Shown here: one piece after another, positions 21,258 through 30,783 of the stretch
Layout: every line of letters starts with the position of its first letter
Position numbering within the stretch: position 1 is the first letter of the stretch
Source: an uncultured Actinomycetota bacterium
GTDB taxonomy: Bacteria; Actinomycetota; Thermoleophilia; RBG-16-64-13
Assembly (NCBI GenBank): GCA_963701105.1
Contig: OY969565.1
Coordinates: 583,429-647,428 of the forward strand
Direction: 5' to 3'
Length of the DNA: 64,000 bases
Made by a program: the position numbers and the translations under genes
Notes under the pieces: generated by a model
Database searches by the model: none
What the model saw: only the letters and a program-made list of their open reading frames with translations
What the model was told of the DNA's origin: nothing

Positions 21258-21270
21258 CCACGCCTCCGGG

Positions 21271-21279
21271 TGGTATACT
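21271..21279 (+). promoter_or_regulatory. Extended -10 element (TGgTATACT) for tRNA-Pro
   Basis: TG-N-TATACT 11 nt upstream of the tRNA 5' end. Confidence 0.6.
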
Positions 21280-21290
21280 GGCCGCTGCGT

Positions 21291-21364
21291 CGGGACGTGG
21301 CGCAGTCTGGTAGCGCATCCGGCTGGGGGCCGGGAGGTCGCCAGTTCGAATCTGGCCGTCCCGA
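21291..21364 (+). tRNA. tRNA-Pro(GGG), CCA not encoded
   Basis: Acceptor CGGGACG/CGTCCCG+A, D arm GCGC-AGTCTGGTA-GCGC, anticodon loop CT-GGG-GG, T arm GCCAG-TTCGAAT-CTGGC; followed by CTT. Confidence 0.96.
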
Positions 21365-21463
21365 CTTCGTTCTGTGGGCTTGAGGGTCGTCCAGTCTCGG
21401 TGCGCTTCAAATCCGCGTTGTCCCGAGTTTCGGTGACGGCAGTGGAGGTGTACGCTGGCCAAC

Positions 21464-21994
21464 GTGCTGACCATGTTCCGGCTCCTCTTGATACCGGTCT
21501 TCATCTACTTCTTGGCCGGGGACCGCGGAGACGGCTCGCTCGTGGCAGGGATCCTCTTCGCAGTGGCATCGGTCACCGATTGGCTTGACGGCCAGATAGC
21601 GCGTCGCACCGACACCGTCACCGATTTCGGGCGTTTCGCCGACCCTCTGGCGGACAGACTCCTGATCGGCAGCGCCCTGATCATCCTGCTGGCCAAGAAC
21701 CAGCTGCCCACCGTCCCGCTCATGGCCGTCTTGGTGCGCGACACGTACGTCATGGCCGGAAGCTACGTCTTGAACCGCAGAGGCTTCCGCGTGCCCGTGA
21801 GCATGCTCGGGAAGACCGGCACCGCGGTTCTCATGGCCGCTCTGTTTCTCGCCATCATCGGCGTCGAGGCCGCCATCCCCCTGTTCTGGGCGGGAGTAGC
21901 CCTGTCGTTGGCCTCTGCGGCTTTGTATACGAGCAAGGGTTTTCGCCAGCTGCGTCGACCCGAGGCCGGAGTGATCCGCCGGGCAGACACCTAG
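21464..21994 (+). CDS. pgsA: CDP-alcohol phosphatidyltransferase (PgsA family); true start may be upstream (~21400) across a frameshift
   Basis: [11 protein letters not shown]...[11 protein letters not shown] motif; the upstream LANVLT is in frame. Confidence 0.85.
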   Translation: MLTMFRLLLIPVFIYFLAGDRGDGSLVAGILFAVASVTDWLDGQIARRTDTVTDFGRFADPLADRLLIGSALIILLAKNQLPTVPLMAVLVRDTYVMAGSYVLNRRGFRVPVSMLGKTGTAVLMAALFLAIIGVEAAIPLFWAGVALSLASAALYTSKGFRQLRRPEAGVIRRADT

Positions 21995-22011
21995 GCCGAG
22001 GAGGTTCCACC

Positions 22012-24531
22012 ATGAGAGCGGTCGTGATGGCCGGTGGCCAGGGTACGCGTCTGCGTCCTCTGACTTCCAACATGCCGAAGCCCATGGTGCCGGTGGTGAA
22101 CAAGCCCACGGCACTCCACATCCTGGAGCTACTTTCGCGCCACGGTATCCACGACGTGGTGATGACTGTGGCGTTCATGCCTCAACTGATACAGAACTAC
22201 TTCGGTGACGGTTCTACCTTCGGCATGCGCATCGACTACAGCGTGGAAGAAGCTCCTCTCGGAACGGCGGGATCCGTCAAGAATGCCCAGGCGTATCTCG
22301 ACGATACCTTCCTCGTTATCAGCGGAGACGGACTTACCGATTTCGATCTCACCGCGATCCTCGATTTTCACAGGAAGCGCGACGCCATGGTGACCATTGC
22401 GCTGAAGAGTGTCGACAATCCGCTTGAATTCGGCGTGGTGATCGTGGACGAGCACGGCCGAATAGAGAGGTTCCTGGAGAAGCCGGGGTGGGGGCAGGTC
22501 TTCTCTGACACCATCAACACCGGTATCTACGTGCTCGAACCGGAAGTGCTCGACCACATCCCGCCGGCGGCCCCGTTCGACTTCAGCCATCAGCTGTTCC
22601 CGCGCCTCTTCGAGGAGCGGAAGCCCCTGTTCGGCATGCTCTGCGAAGGCTACTGGCAGGACATCGGGAGTCTCCCTCAATTCCTCCAGGCGAACAGAGA
22701 CGCGCTCGACGGGAAGGTCCAGGTGAACCTGCCCGGGGTCAGGTTACGCGGCAACGTCTGGGTGGGTCGGGGCGCGGATTTCGAGAGCCTCGACAACATA
22801 CAAGGGCCGGTCCTGATCGGAGACTACACCAGTGTGGCCCCGGCGCGTTCATCGGGGCGCACACCGTCCTTGGGAACAACGTGGTCGTCAGGGACGGGGC
22901 TTCGGTGGCGGGATCGGTGATCGGAGACGGCTCCTACCTGGGGCCCGGAGTGCGCATGCGGGGGGCGATCGTGGGATCCGGGGTCGACATCCGTGCGAGC
23001 GCGGCCGTCGCTGAGGGTGCCGTCCTGGGGGATGGCGCTTCCGTCGGTGAGAAGGCGGTGGTGGGGAACCACGTCAAGGTCTATCCCGCCAAGTTCATCG
23101 AGGCGGGAGCGTCGGTGCTCTCCAGCCTCATCTGGGAGTCCCGAGGGCAGCGTTCACTGTTCGGAAAAGAGGGAGTGCGCGGCCTCATCAACGTGGACAT
23201 CACTCCCGAGATGGTGATGCGACTCGGTATGTCCTACGGCACGTCCCTGAGCGGAGGTTCCGTCGTCACTACCAGCCGAGATCAGCATCCGGTCACCCGC
23301 GTACTCAACAGGGCACTCACTGCGGGGTTGAACGCGACGGGCGTGACCGTGAGAGACCTGCGCGTAGCTCCCGGTTCGCTCACCCGCTTCGACTTGAAGG
23401 AGGGGAACTCGACGGGAGGGGTGCACATCCGTGTGAGCACGGACAACCCTGAAGAGGCGGAGATCGTGCTCTCGGAGCGCCCGGGGATCCCCATGACCTC
23501 TCAACGAGAACGCAGCATCGAGAACATCTTCTTCCGTGAGGACTATCGTCGAGTGGCCCCGGAACAGATGGGCGCCATCGTCTTCCCCGCACGACTGCTG
23601 GAGACCTACCTGGGAGCCCTCCTCGATGCCTGCGACATCGACCGTATCCGCAGGCGGGGGTTGCGCGTGGTGCTCGACCAAGGAGGCGCAGGCAATACCC
23701 AAATCGCGTCCAGCGTCCTGGACGCACTCCGCCTGGAAGTGATCTCTGTCAACATCTTGGATGACGGCGACAGGCAACCCGGCTCGGCAGGCGCGCCTGC
23801 GGCGGAACGGGTCGAGAGGGTGGGGCGACTGGTGTGCGCTATGCAGGCCCACATCGGAGTGATCTTGGACCCGGCCGGTGAGTCGGTGACCGTCCTCGAT
23901 GAGAACGGGCGGATGGTGTCCGATGTCTCTCTGCTGTTGCTCCTGCTGAGGCACGCCTGCGAGATGCACGGGCCGGGGAACCTGGCCGTGCCGATCCACA
24001 TGACGCGGCGCGTCGAGGAGGTGGCGGAAGGCTGCGGGGGCAGTGTCATCCGTACGAAAGCCTCGGAAAGCGCGCTGTTGGCCGAAGCGAGCCGGCTCGC
24101 ATACGGTCTTCGCCGGGACTGCGGGCGGCAAGTTCATACTGCCCGCCTTCCTGCCCGCGCCCGACGGGCTCATGAGCTTCATCTTCGCGCTCGAGATGGT
24201 GTCCGTGGCCGCCGTGACGCTGTCAGAGTTGGTGGCTGCTCTGCCCGAGGTGACCGTGCGGCACGCCGTGGTCGCGTGCCCCTGGAACGTCAAAGGCGCG
24301 GTCATGCGCAGGTTGGTCGAAGACCTGAAGCAGCAGGAGGTATCACTGCTCGACGGGGTGAAGTTGACGATCGGCTCCGACGAGTGGGTGCAGTTCCTCC
24401 CCGATGCGGGCAAGCCGGTGTTCCACGTGTATGCCGAGGGCCTGACCTCTGCCGCCTCCGACGCGCTGTTGGCCGATTACGTGGGCATGCTGGAAGAGGT
24501 CGTTCGCGACGCCGGCAAGGCGGCCGGCTGA
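22012..24531 (+). CDS. Mannose-1-phosphate guanylyltransferase with hexapeptide repeats fused to phosphomannomutase-like domains (frameshifts near 22840 and 24090)
   Basis: [34 protein letters not shown]; left-handed beta-helix repeats; LFGKEGVRG; PMM C-terminal [17 protein letters not shown]. Three ORF pieces: 22012-22920, 22881-~24090, 24043-24531. Confidence 0.85.
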
Positions 24532-24534
24532 CCG

Positions 24535-26272
24535 ATGCGCCGATCCGGCCTGGCATTCGGACTCGTGGCGATGGTGGCTGTCGCCGTTGCCGCTGTCCTG
24601 TTCCTTTCGGCGGCAGAAAGCCCGGGCACGATCGCCCAAGGTACCACCGTGGGTGGCATCGATATCGGCGGTCTCTCTGCAGCGGCGGCTACCGAGAAGG
24701 TGGCGGCGGCCTCTGCGGCGGCGCTGCGCCGACCGGTGACCGTCAGAGCGGGGGAGAGTGTCAGTATGTTGTCCCCGGAGGCGGCGGGTTTCACGGTAGA
24801 TGCGCGAGAGGAGCGTGGCCGCCGCCCTGGCGCCGTCCGCGCCCGAACCGTCCGCGGTTCGGGCGGCATGGGATCGTATAGTCGGTCGAGGCCAGGCGAG
24901 AGATCTCCCGCTGTACGTGGAGGCGGACGACGTGCGCCTGGCCTCTGCCATGGACGAGGTGGCGCTCTCGGCGGAGCGCCTGGTCAAGGACGCACGGCTG
25001 ATCCTGGAGCGGGGGCGCCCCAAGGCGGTTGCCGCAGAGCCGGGCCTGATACTCGATAGGGCGGCGCTCCGAGCGGCACTCGTCCGAGCTATCGCCGAAG
25101 GCGAGTCAGAAGTGGATGCTCCCATACGCGAGATCGTGCCGGCCGTGACCACGGAAGACGCCCAGTCGGCCTTGGCCGTTGCGCGCGCCGCCCTGGCCGA
25201 CCCCCTGACCTTGGGATACCAAGGCGCCCAGTTCGAGATCGCACCGGAGGAGCTGTCGGCCATGGCAGCGCCCGACCCCTCGGGCATCGGGGCCGGCAAA
25301 CCCATCACGTTCGACACCGACGCGGCCCGCGAACTCCTTGGGGAGCGCCTGCGTCCGCTGGAGGACCCACCGGTCGACGCACAGGTCGTTCCCAGCGACG
25401 ACGGCCGCGGATTCACGGTGAGGCCGAGTTCCGACGGCACGCTCGTAGAATGGCCTGCGCTGCTGGCCTCGATGACCCGCGTGGCGCTCGAGCGGGGGCG
25501 CCGATATGTGCCCGTGCCCACCACGACGGTGCGTCCGCGACTGACAACGCTCGACGCCCAAGAACTGCGAGAGCGAAGAGAGATCGCGTCGTTCACCACC
25601 TACTTCAGTCCGGCGAGTCTGGCAAGAGTCAAGAACATCCAGCAGGTGGCGCAGCTTTTGAACGGGTACGTGATACGTCCGGGAGAGACGTTCTCCTTCA
25701 ACAAGGTGGCGGGGCCGCGCACGCGGGCCGCGGGCTTCGATGAAGCCCCCGTGATCCGCGACGGCGTCTTGACCCCGGGGGTGGGGGGAGGGATCTGCCA
25801 GGTCTCCACGACGCTCTTCAACGCCGTCTTCTTCGCAGGATTGCCGGTGGTGGAGAGGCAACCGCATTCCTTCTACATCGACCACTACCCGGTGGGACGC
25901 GACGCCACTGTGTCCTACGGCTCCGTCGACTTCAGATTCCGCAACGACTCCGATACCGTGCTGCTGCTCTCGGTCTCGACCACGTCGGAGTCGGTGACGG
26001 TGTCACTTGCCGCCCCGGCGTGGGACCGGTCGGTGTCTTACGAGACCTCCTCCTTCCACGACCTCGTGGAGCCTCGGAGCACTCAAGAGAGTCCACGGAG
26101 GCTCCGCGACCCTACGCTGCCCCGCGGTTCGACGTCCGTCATGGAGCCGGGTGTGAGCGGTCGCTCGGTGGAGGTCAAGCGCGTGGTCAAAGGCTCAGGC
26201 GGGGTCCTGTTCGAGGACGTCTTCGCGAGTGTGTACGCGCCGAAGGACTACGTGGTGCGTGTAGGAGGCTGA
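24535..26272 (+). CDS. VanW/YoaR family protein with N-terminal anchor and peptidoglycan-binding region (frameshift near 24805)
   Basis: TM helix + VGGIDIGGL; FTTYF..RVKNI..PGETFSFN..GGGICQVSTTLFNA..ERQPHS..GRDATV..DFRFRN. Confidence 0.85.
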
Positions 26273-26292
26273 GCCTCCGTCCGAGCTTCGGG

Positions 26293-26877
26293 TCAGCCCT
26301 GTCCGGTCCTGGCGATGACCTGCTTGCACACAAGCCTCAGGGTCTCGAACACGCCGATGCCGCTAAGGGCGCAGGCTTCGATCACGGGCGAGCCCGTGTG
26401 GTTCAAGAGGTCCCGCATATCGTCGGCCGAGAAGATGTCTGAGAGATCGCGCTTGTTCAGCTGGATCACGAATCCCAGGTTGGTGAGGTCGTCTCCCTGG
26501 TCGAGCAGGTTGTCCCACAAGTTGAGATAGCTCTCGACGTTCTCGTCGAGACGGGTTATCTGGCTGTCCGCGACGAAGACCATGCCGTCGACGCCCTGGA
26601 GCACCAGCCGCCGCGACGCGTTGTAGTAGGACTGGCCCGGCACCGTGTACAGGTGGAACCTGGTCTTCATTCCCCGCACGGTGCCTAGGGACAAGGGCAG
26701 AAAATCGAAGTAGAGGGTGCGCTCCTCCTCTGTGGCGATGCTCACCAGTTTGCCGCGGGCGTCGGGATTCACCTTCTTGTGGATGTACTGGATGTTGGTG
26801 GTCTTGCCACAGAGGCCGCAGCCGTAGTACACGATCTTGTAGTTGATCTCTCGGGCCGCGAAGTTGATCAGTGGCAC
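26293..26877 (-). CDS. mglA: MglA small Ras-like GTPase (Myxococcus/Thermus type)
   Basis: KIVYYGCGLCGKTTN, RTLYFDFLP, HLYTVPGQ, GVDGMVFVADSQ, NKRD. Confidence 0.93.
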   Translation of the reverse strand: MPLINFAAREINYKIVYYGCGLCGKTTNIQYIHKKVNPDARGKLVSIATEEERTLYFDFLPLSLGTVRGMKTRFHLYTVPGQSYYNASRRLVLQGVDGMVFVADSQITRLDENVESYLNLWDNLLDQGDDLTNLGFVIQLNKRDLSDIFSADDMRDLLNHTGSPVIEACALSGIGVFETLRLVCKQVIARTGQG

Positions 26878-26881
26878 TCTG

Positions 26882-27394
26882 CTACTCCATGTCCGCGAAC
26901 AGGTCGTCGATGGCCTCGTCGGCGAGGAGAGAGTAGTCGTCGTCGATTATGACGGAGGCCTGATCGTCTTCATCCATGAGTTCGAAGACGGGCTTCAGCA
27001 CCTCTATGGCCCGATTGGTGTACAGCCGCACCTTCCCAACCTGGGTCTCCCGTCCGAAGGTGATGACGAGGAGAACCTGGTCGGTGACCTGGGCAACGTG
27101 GAGGTTCGATTCGCGGCCTTCGTGGAACAGGAGCGTGAACTCCCGCTCGTTGAGCACCTCGGCCAGTTGTTGTGTGGCGGCAAAAGATCCGGCCGCCAAC
27201 GACGCCAATGTCAAGGTGTCGGGATGCCCTTCGACGGCGGAGGTGGTGATGGGTTGCCCGCTGGTGGAGACGAGTGCGATGAAGCGAGACCCCGATACCT
27301 GGCGCAGTTTATCCAGGATGTCGTCCACGGCCCGCATCTGGCGGTTGCTGATCACGAGTCCCCTGCGACGAGGCACAACCACCTCCTTGGACAC
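26882..27394 (-). CDS. mglB: MglB roadblock/LC7 protein (GAP partner of MglA)
   Basis: LASLAAGSFAATQQLAEVLNEREFTLLFHEG, LLVITF..GKVRL, acidic C-terminal helix EAIDDLF; directly upstream of mglA. Confidence 0.9.
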   Translation of the reverse strand: MSKEVVVPRRRGLVISNRQMRAVDDILDKLRQVSGSRFIALVSTSGQPITTSAVEGHPDTLTLASLAAGSFAATQQLAEVLNEREFTLLFHEGRESNLHVAQVTDQVLLVITFGRETQVGKVRLYTNRAIEVLKPVFELMDEDDQASVIIDDDYSLLADEAIDDLFADME

Positions 27395-27431
27395 GGCTAG
27401 GGCCGCTTGAGAACGGCTTGGGGCATGGCGA

Positions 27432-27483
27432 AGTATAACAAGGCCCCGTGCCCTTTGCTACGCGCGCGGGCCGCTGGTACAAT
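27432..27483. promoter_or_regulatory. Divergent sigma70-type promoters for mglBA (-) and gcvH (+)
   Basis: Minus strand: TGtTATACT (-10 at 27437-27432). Plus strand: TTGCTA(27455)-17 bp-TACAAT(27478-27483). Confidence 0.55.
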
Positions 27484-27568
27484 CCGGCGCGATTCCCCGG
27501 CCGCGCGGGAGCGCCTGGGGCCTGTGCTATGATGAATGCCAGCCACGCCTGGCGAGAAAGGAGCGCTT

Positions 27569-27955
27569 GTGAACCCGAAGAATCTGAAGTACCACAAGGA
27601 GCACGACTGGGCGCGCATCGAGGGAGACGTCGCGACTCTCGGAGTGACAGATTACGCCCAGGAGTCCCTCGGTGACATCGTCTACATCGAGCTCCCCGAG
27701 GTCGGTGCCGAAGTCTCCGCTGGTACTTCCTACGCCGAGATCGAATCGGTCAAGGCTGTTTCCGACGTGTACGCCCCTGTGAGTGGAACAGTCATAGAGG
27801 CGAACGATGAGGTTGTGGACGCTCCCGAGCTCATCAACGAGAGCCCCTACGAAGACGGATGGCTAATCAAGGTGAAGCTCAGCGACCCGGGTGAAGCCGA
27901 CGATCTCATGTCGGCGGAGGATTACGAGGAGATGCTGGCCGAGCAGGAGGAATAG
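27569..27955 (+). CDS. gcvH: Glycine cleavage system H protein
   Basis: KYHKEHDW, GVTDYAQESLGDIVY, lipoyl-Lys motif IESVKAVSD, NESPYEDGWL; SD AAAGGAG. Confidence 0.96.
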   Translation: MNPKNLKYHKEHDWARIEGDVATLGVTDYAQESLGDIVYIELPEVGAEVSAGTSYAEIESVKAVSDVYAPVSGTVIEANDEVVDAPELINESPYEDGWLIKVKLSDPGEADDLMSAEDYEEMLAEQEE

Positions 27956-28080
27956 CTCTTCGTCAGCGGCGGAAGGGCCGGATACTCGGAGAAGCGGGCG
28001 CATCGGGTCCGCTTCTCCATCAGTGGGTGGTTCAGGCCATGACGAGCTACCGGTGGCTAACTCCATACCTCTAGTTGACG

Positions 28081-28109
28081 TTGAAGGTTTCTGAGCTTGG
28101 GAGTATACT
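28081..28109 (+). promoter_or_regulatory. Sigma70 promoter giving a probably leaderless rsiG-like mRNA
   Basis: TTGAAG-17 bp-TATACT, then 6 nt to ATG 28116, no SD. Confidence 0.65.
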
Positions 28110-28115
28110 GAAGCC

Positions 28116-28394
28116 ATGGAAGAACACGATACGACTTCTTTCGAACTGCTTCTGGAGATCCAGAACCTCAGCGATGACGAGATCAAGCGCACGGCGGAGG
28201 CTCTGACTGAAGAAGAGCGCGCCGTATCGAAGACTCGTCGCATCATTCACGCGAAACTCGATCTTCTTCGTGCGGAGATGGTGCGTCGTCTGCGCGACAA
28301 GCACAGCGCGGGGGGGAGTCTCTTCGAAGAGGGAGACGTGGACAAACTGAGCGCCATTCTCAGTTCCCGGGGTCTCGCTGAGGAAGAAATCTGA
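28116..28394 (+). CDS. rsiG: RsiG-like c-di-GMP-binding anti-sigma factor, single-motif form
   Basis: LSDDEIK..L.EEERAVSKTRRIIHAKLDLLRAE = E-x3-S-x2-R-x3-H-x3-D in a predicted coiled coil; 92 aa. Confidence 0.75.
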   Translation: MEEHDTTSFELLLEIQNLSDDEIKRTAEALTEEERAVSKTRRIIHAKLDLLRAEMVRRLRDKHSAGGSLFEEGDVDKLSAILSSRGLAEEEI

Positions 28395-28406
28395 ACGGAG
28401 GTCCCG

Positions 28407-28697
28407 ATGGGCGATAGGATCGAGCGCATCGTTGCCGGGGTTCAGGAACTATTCCACGACCTTTCGGTCGGTGCCCGCGAGGAGCGGGTCATGCGCTACG
28501 TCGTAACCGAACTCCACAAAGGTCGTTCCTTCGACGACCTCATGGCCGATCCCTACGTCGTGAACCACACGACGGAGGAAGATCGGGCACGCCTCCTTGA
28601 GAACCCCGATAATCTTCGCGAGATAGAGGATCGTATCGCCGCGGAGTTCCACGACTATCGTCGCCAGATAACCCACGGTGATGAGGGTGTGGAGTGA
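28407..28697 (+). CDS. Hypothetical helical protein
   Basis: 96-aa ORF with SD GGAGG; overlaps the next gene (GTGA); no recognised motif. Confidence 0.75.
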   Translation: MGDRIERIVAGVQELFHDLSVGAREERVMRYVVTELHKGRSFDDLMADPYVVNHTTEEDRARLLENPDNLREIEDRIAAEFHDYRRQITHGDEGVE

Positions 28698-29164
28698 TCG
28701 TCTGCCCCAAGTGCGGCACGCAGAACGCGGAAGACGCCAACTTCTGCAGTAGGTGCGGTGGCCGCTTGGTGTTGCGCGACCTTTCGGAGACCACGGTCAC
28801 CTACGCTCCCACCGCTACCGACGAGGCCGGCGCCGTCTCCCGTGCCGGATCCACGGTCGGTCAGGCGCCTTTGCTCTTGATCATGGCGGGAGGGGGGAGA
28901 GAGGGCGAGCAGATTCTCCTCGAGGATGATCTTCTCACCATCGGCCGCAGTCCCGACAGTCACCTGTTCTTGGACGACGTGACCGTGTCGCGTCACCACG
29001 CGCGAATCGTCCACGACGCCACCGGATTCGCGGTCGAAGACCTCAACAGTCTCAATGGCACTTACGTGAATCGCGGGAGGGTGGAGCGCCAGCACCTCAG
29101 CGATGGGGACGAGGTCCAGATAGGCAAGTTCAAGTTCGCCTACTTGGAGCCCTCGGAGTCGTGA
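28694..29164 (+). CDS. Zinc-ribbon + FHA domain protein (GarA/OdhI-like)
   Basis: CPKC..FCSRC, ETT phospho-motif, FHA IGR..FLDDVTVSRHHA..DLNSLNGTYVN..GDEVQIGKFK. Confidence 0.88.
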   Translation: MIVCPKCGTQNAEDANFCSRCGGRLVLRDLSETTVTYAPTATDEAGAVSRAGSTVGQAPLLLIMAGGGREGEQILLEDDLLTIGRSPDSHLFLDDVTVSRHHARIVHDATGFAVEDLNSLNGTYVNRGRVERQHLSDGDEVQIGKFKFAYLEPSES

Positions 29165-29919
29165 GCGCAGACACCGCCGGGTCTGGCCGTTCCGGAAGCC
29201 TGGAGGGCAGACAGTCCCTCGGAGAAGGCGGGAAAGACGGCGATCTGCTCACCATCGGCCAGGTGGTCGACACCTTGCGGGGGGAGTTCCCAGACCTGAC
29301 TATCAGCAAGGTCAGGTACCTTGAGGATAGAGGTCTTCTCAAACCGGATCGCACGGCCGGGGGTTACAGGAAATTCAGTCCCACCGGGATCCGGGCCCTT
29401 CGCACCATCCTGACTCTGCAACGCGATGAGTTCCTGCCGCTGGACGTGATCAAGGAACGCATCGATCGGGGCACGGCCTCTGCGATCGGCCGAGCGTTGG
29501 CCCCATCCGGTCCGTTCGAAGCCCGGAAAGGTCTTCCGAAGGACGAGAGCACGCACACGTGGCGGGAGTCGCTGGAGATCACCGGGGTCTCGGAAGAGTT
29601 CCTGCGGTCTCTCGGAGACTTCCACCTCTTCGAGCAGCGAGACCGTGCCGGGGACCCCGTTTTGAGCGATACCGACCTGGAGGTCGTGAGGATCTGCGAT
29701 CTCTTGGCGAAACACGGGGTCGAGCCGCGCAACCTTCGTCTGCTGCGCTCAGCCGCCGAGCGGGTATCGGCCATGCTGGCACAAGTAGCGGCACCTGCTC
29801 TGCGCTCGGCGCATCCGGAACGCCGCCAGGAGGGCGAGCACCTGCTCGCGGATCTGGGGTCGCTGATGGCCCGCCTCCTCGACTTGTTGCTCTACAAGGA
29901 ACTCAGCCGCCTCGTCTGA
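29161..29919 (+). CDS. MerR-family regulator (FtsR/Rv1828-like)
   Basis: LTIGQV..EFPDLTISKVRYLEDRGLLKP.RT.GGYRK..QRDEFLPLDVIK; gcvH-FHA-MerR synteny. Confidence 0.85.
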   Translation: MSADTAGSGRSGSLEGRQSLGEGGKDGDLLTIGQVVDTLRGEFPDLTISKVRYLEDRGLLKPDRTAGGYRKFSPTGIRALRTILTLQRDEFLPLDVIKERIDRGTASAIGRALAPSGPFEARKGLPKDESTHTWRESLEITGVSEEFLRSLGDFHLFEQRDRAGDPVLSDTDLEVVRICDLLAKHGVEPRNLRLLRSAAERVSAMLAQVAAPALRSAHPERRQEGEHLLADLGSLMARLLDLLLYKELSRLV

Positions 29920-29949
29920 TCGAGGCCTCGCCTGCCGCCAAGGAGATCG

Positions 29950-30465
29950 ATGGATCTGAAGACCTTCATACGTGACGTCCCTGACTTCCCGAAACAGGGC
30001 ATCCTGTTCAAGGACATAATGCCCCTGCTTCAGAATCCGCAGGCTCTCCGATACACAGTCGATCGGCTGGCGGAGTTCAGCGCCCCCAAACACCCCGACA
30101 TTGTCCTCGGGGCCGAGGCACGCGGGTTCATCCTGGGAGCCGCGCTTGCGTACTCCATCGGAGCCGGTTTCGTGCCGGCTCGGAAGCCCGGAAAACTCCC
30201 GTGGCGCGTTGCCTCGGCCGAATACGCGCTTGAGTACGGGGTGGACACCCTCGAGATGCACGCCGACGCCATAATGCCTGGGGAGAGGATCATAATCCAC
30301 GACGATCTGTTAGCGACGGGGGGTACTGCCAGAGCCAAGATAGATCTGGTGGAGCGCGCCGGTGGGGTCGTGGTAGGTCTGGCTTTCATCATCGAGCTCG
30401 GCTTCCTCGAGGGTCGCAAGAAGTTGGCGGGCTACGACGTCTTCAGCCTGATCACCTACTCATAG
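29950..30465 (+). CDS. apt: Adenine phosphoribosyltransferase
   Basis: PDFPKQGILFKDI, EARGF, RKPGKLP, LEYG, DDLLATGGT. Confidence 0.96.
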   Translation: MDLKTFIRDVPDFPKQGILFKDIMPLLQNPQALRYTVDRLAEFSAPKHPDIVLGAEARGFILGAALAYSIGAGFVPARKPGKLPWRVASAEYALEYGVDTLEMHADAIMPGERIIIHDDLLATGGTARAKIDLVERAGGVVVGLAFIIELGFLEGRKKLAGYDVFSLITYS

Positions 30466-30476
30466 TAAGAACCGAT

Positions 30477-30515
30477 AGAAAAACGGAAGGCCGCCCACAA
30501 GGGGGCGGCCTGCCG
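30477..30515 (-). terminator. Intrinsic terminator with U-tract on the minus strand (possibly bidirectional)
   Basis: Stem AGGCCGCCC(30488-30496)/GGGCGGCCT(30503-30511) extended by CGG/CCG; minus-strand tail TTTTTCT. Confidence 0.8.
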
Positions 30516-30662
30516 CAGATTTCGGACGCATCGGCTCCCGAAGGCGCCGTCGACAGCGTTCGGTCGTTAGGACGACGGCTAGCGGCGGGTGCCACCTCCG
30601 GTCCTGAAGCCGTCACGTCCGCAACGCAAACTGTCTATGGGGACCACCTCCTTTCGACGCTT
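30477..30662 (-). ncRNA. Putative ~190-nt small RNA or sORF transcript of unknown family
   Basis: Bounded by promoter TTGGCA-17-TAAAGT and an oriented terminator; contains AAAGGAGGTG, a second GGAGGTGG and several helices; no long ORF. Confidence 0.5.
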
Positions 30663-30668
30663 GGTGTG

Positions 30669-30697
30669 ACTTTACTAGCTCGAAGGCTCGTTGCCAA
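30669..30697 (-). promoter_or_regulatory. Sigma70-type promoter for the small transcript
   Basis: Minus strand TTGGCA(30697-30692)-17 bp-TAAAGT(30674-30669). Confidence 0.6.
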
Positions 30698-30783
30698 GCC
30701 CTATCCTGTAGAGCTGGGGGGTGGGCGGAAATCGACGCCTGCGGGCGGAGCAGAGCGGTCCTTGGGTGAATCATCCTTATCGG

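Noticed and set aside
21291-21460. Genomic island integrated at tRNA-Pro
   Set aside because: Directly followed by pgsA; I saw no duplicated tRNA 3' end or integrase
22012-26272. Programmed frameshifting or pseudogenes in manC/PMM and vanW
   Set aside because: No slippery heptamer with a stimulatory structure recognised; similar indels occur across the window, so sequencing error is more likely
27395-27568. Glycine riboswitch upstream of gcvH
   Set aside because: The conserved GGAGA/CCGAAG/CTCTCAGG elements are not seen, and the region is occupied by divergent promoters
30641-30655. 16S rRNA 3'-end fragment on the + strand (GGACCACCTCCTTTC)
   Set aside because: No flanking rRNA sequence; better explained as a strong SD on the - strand
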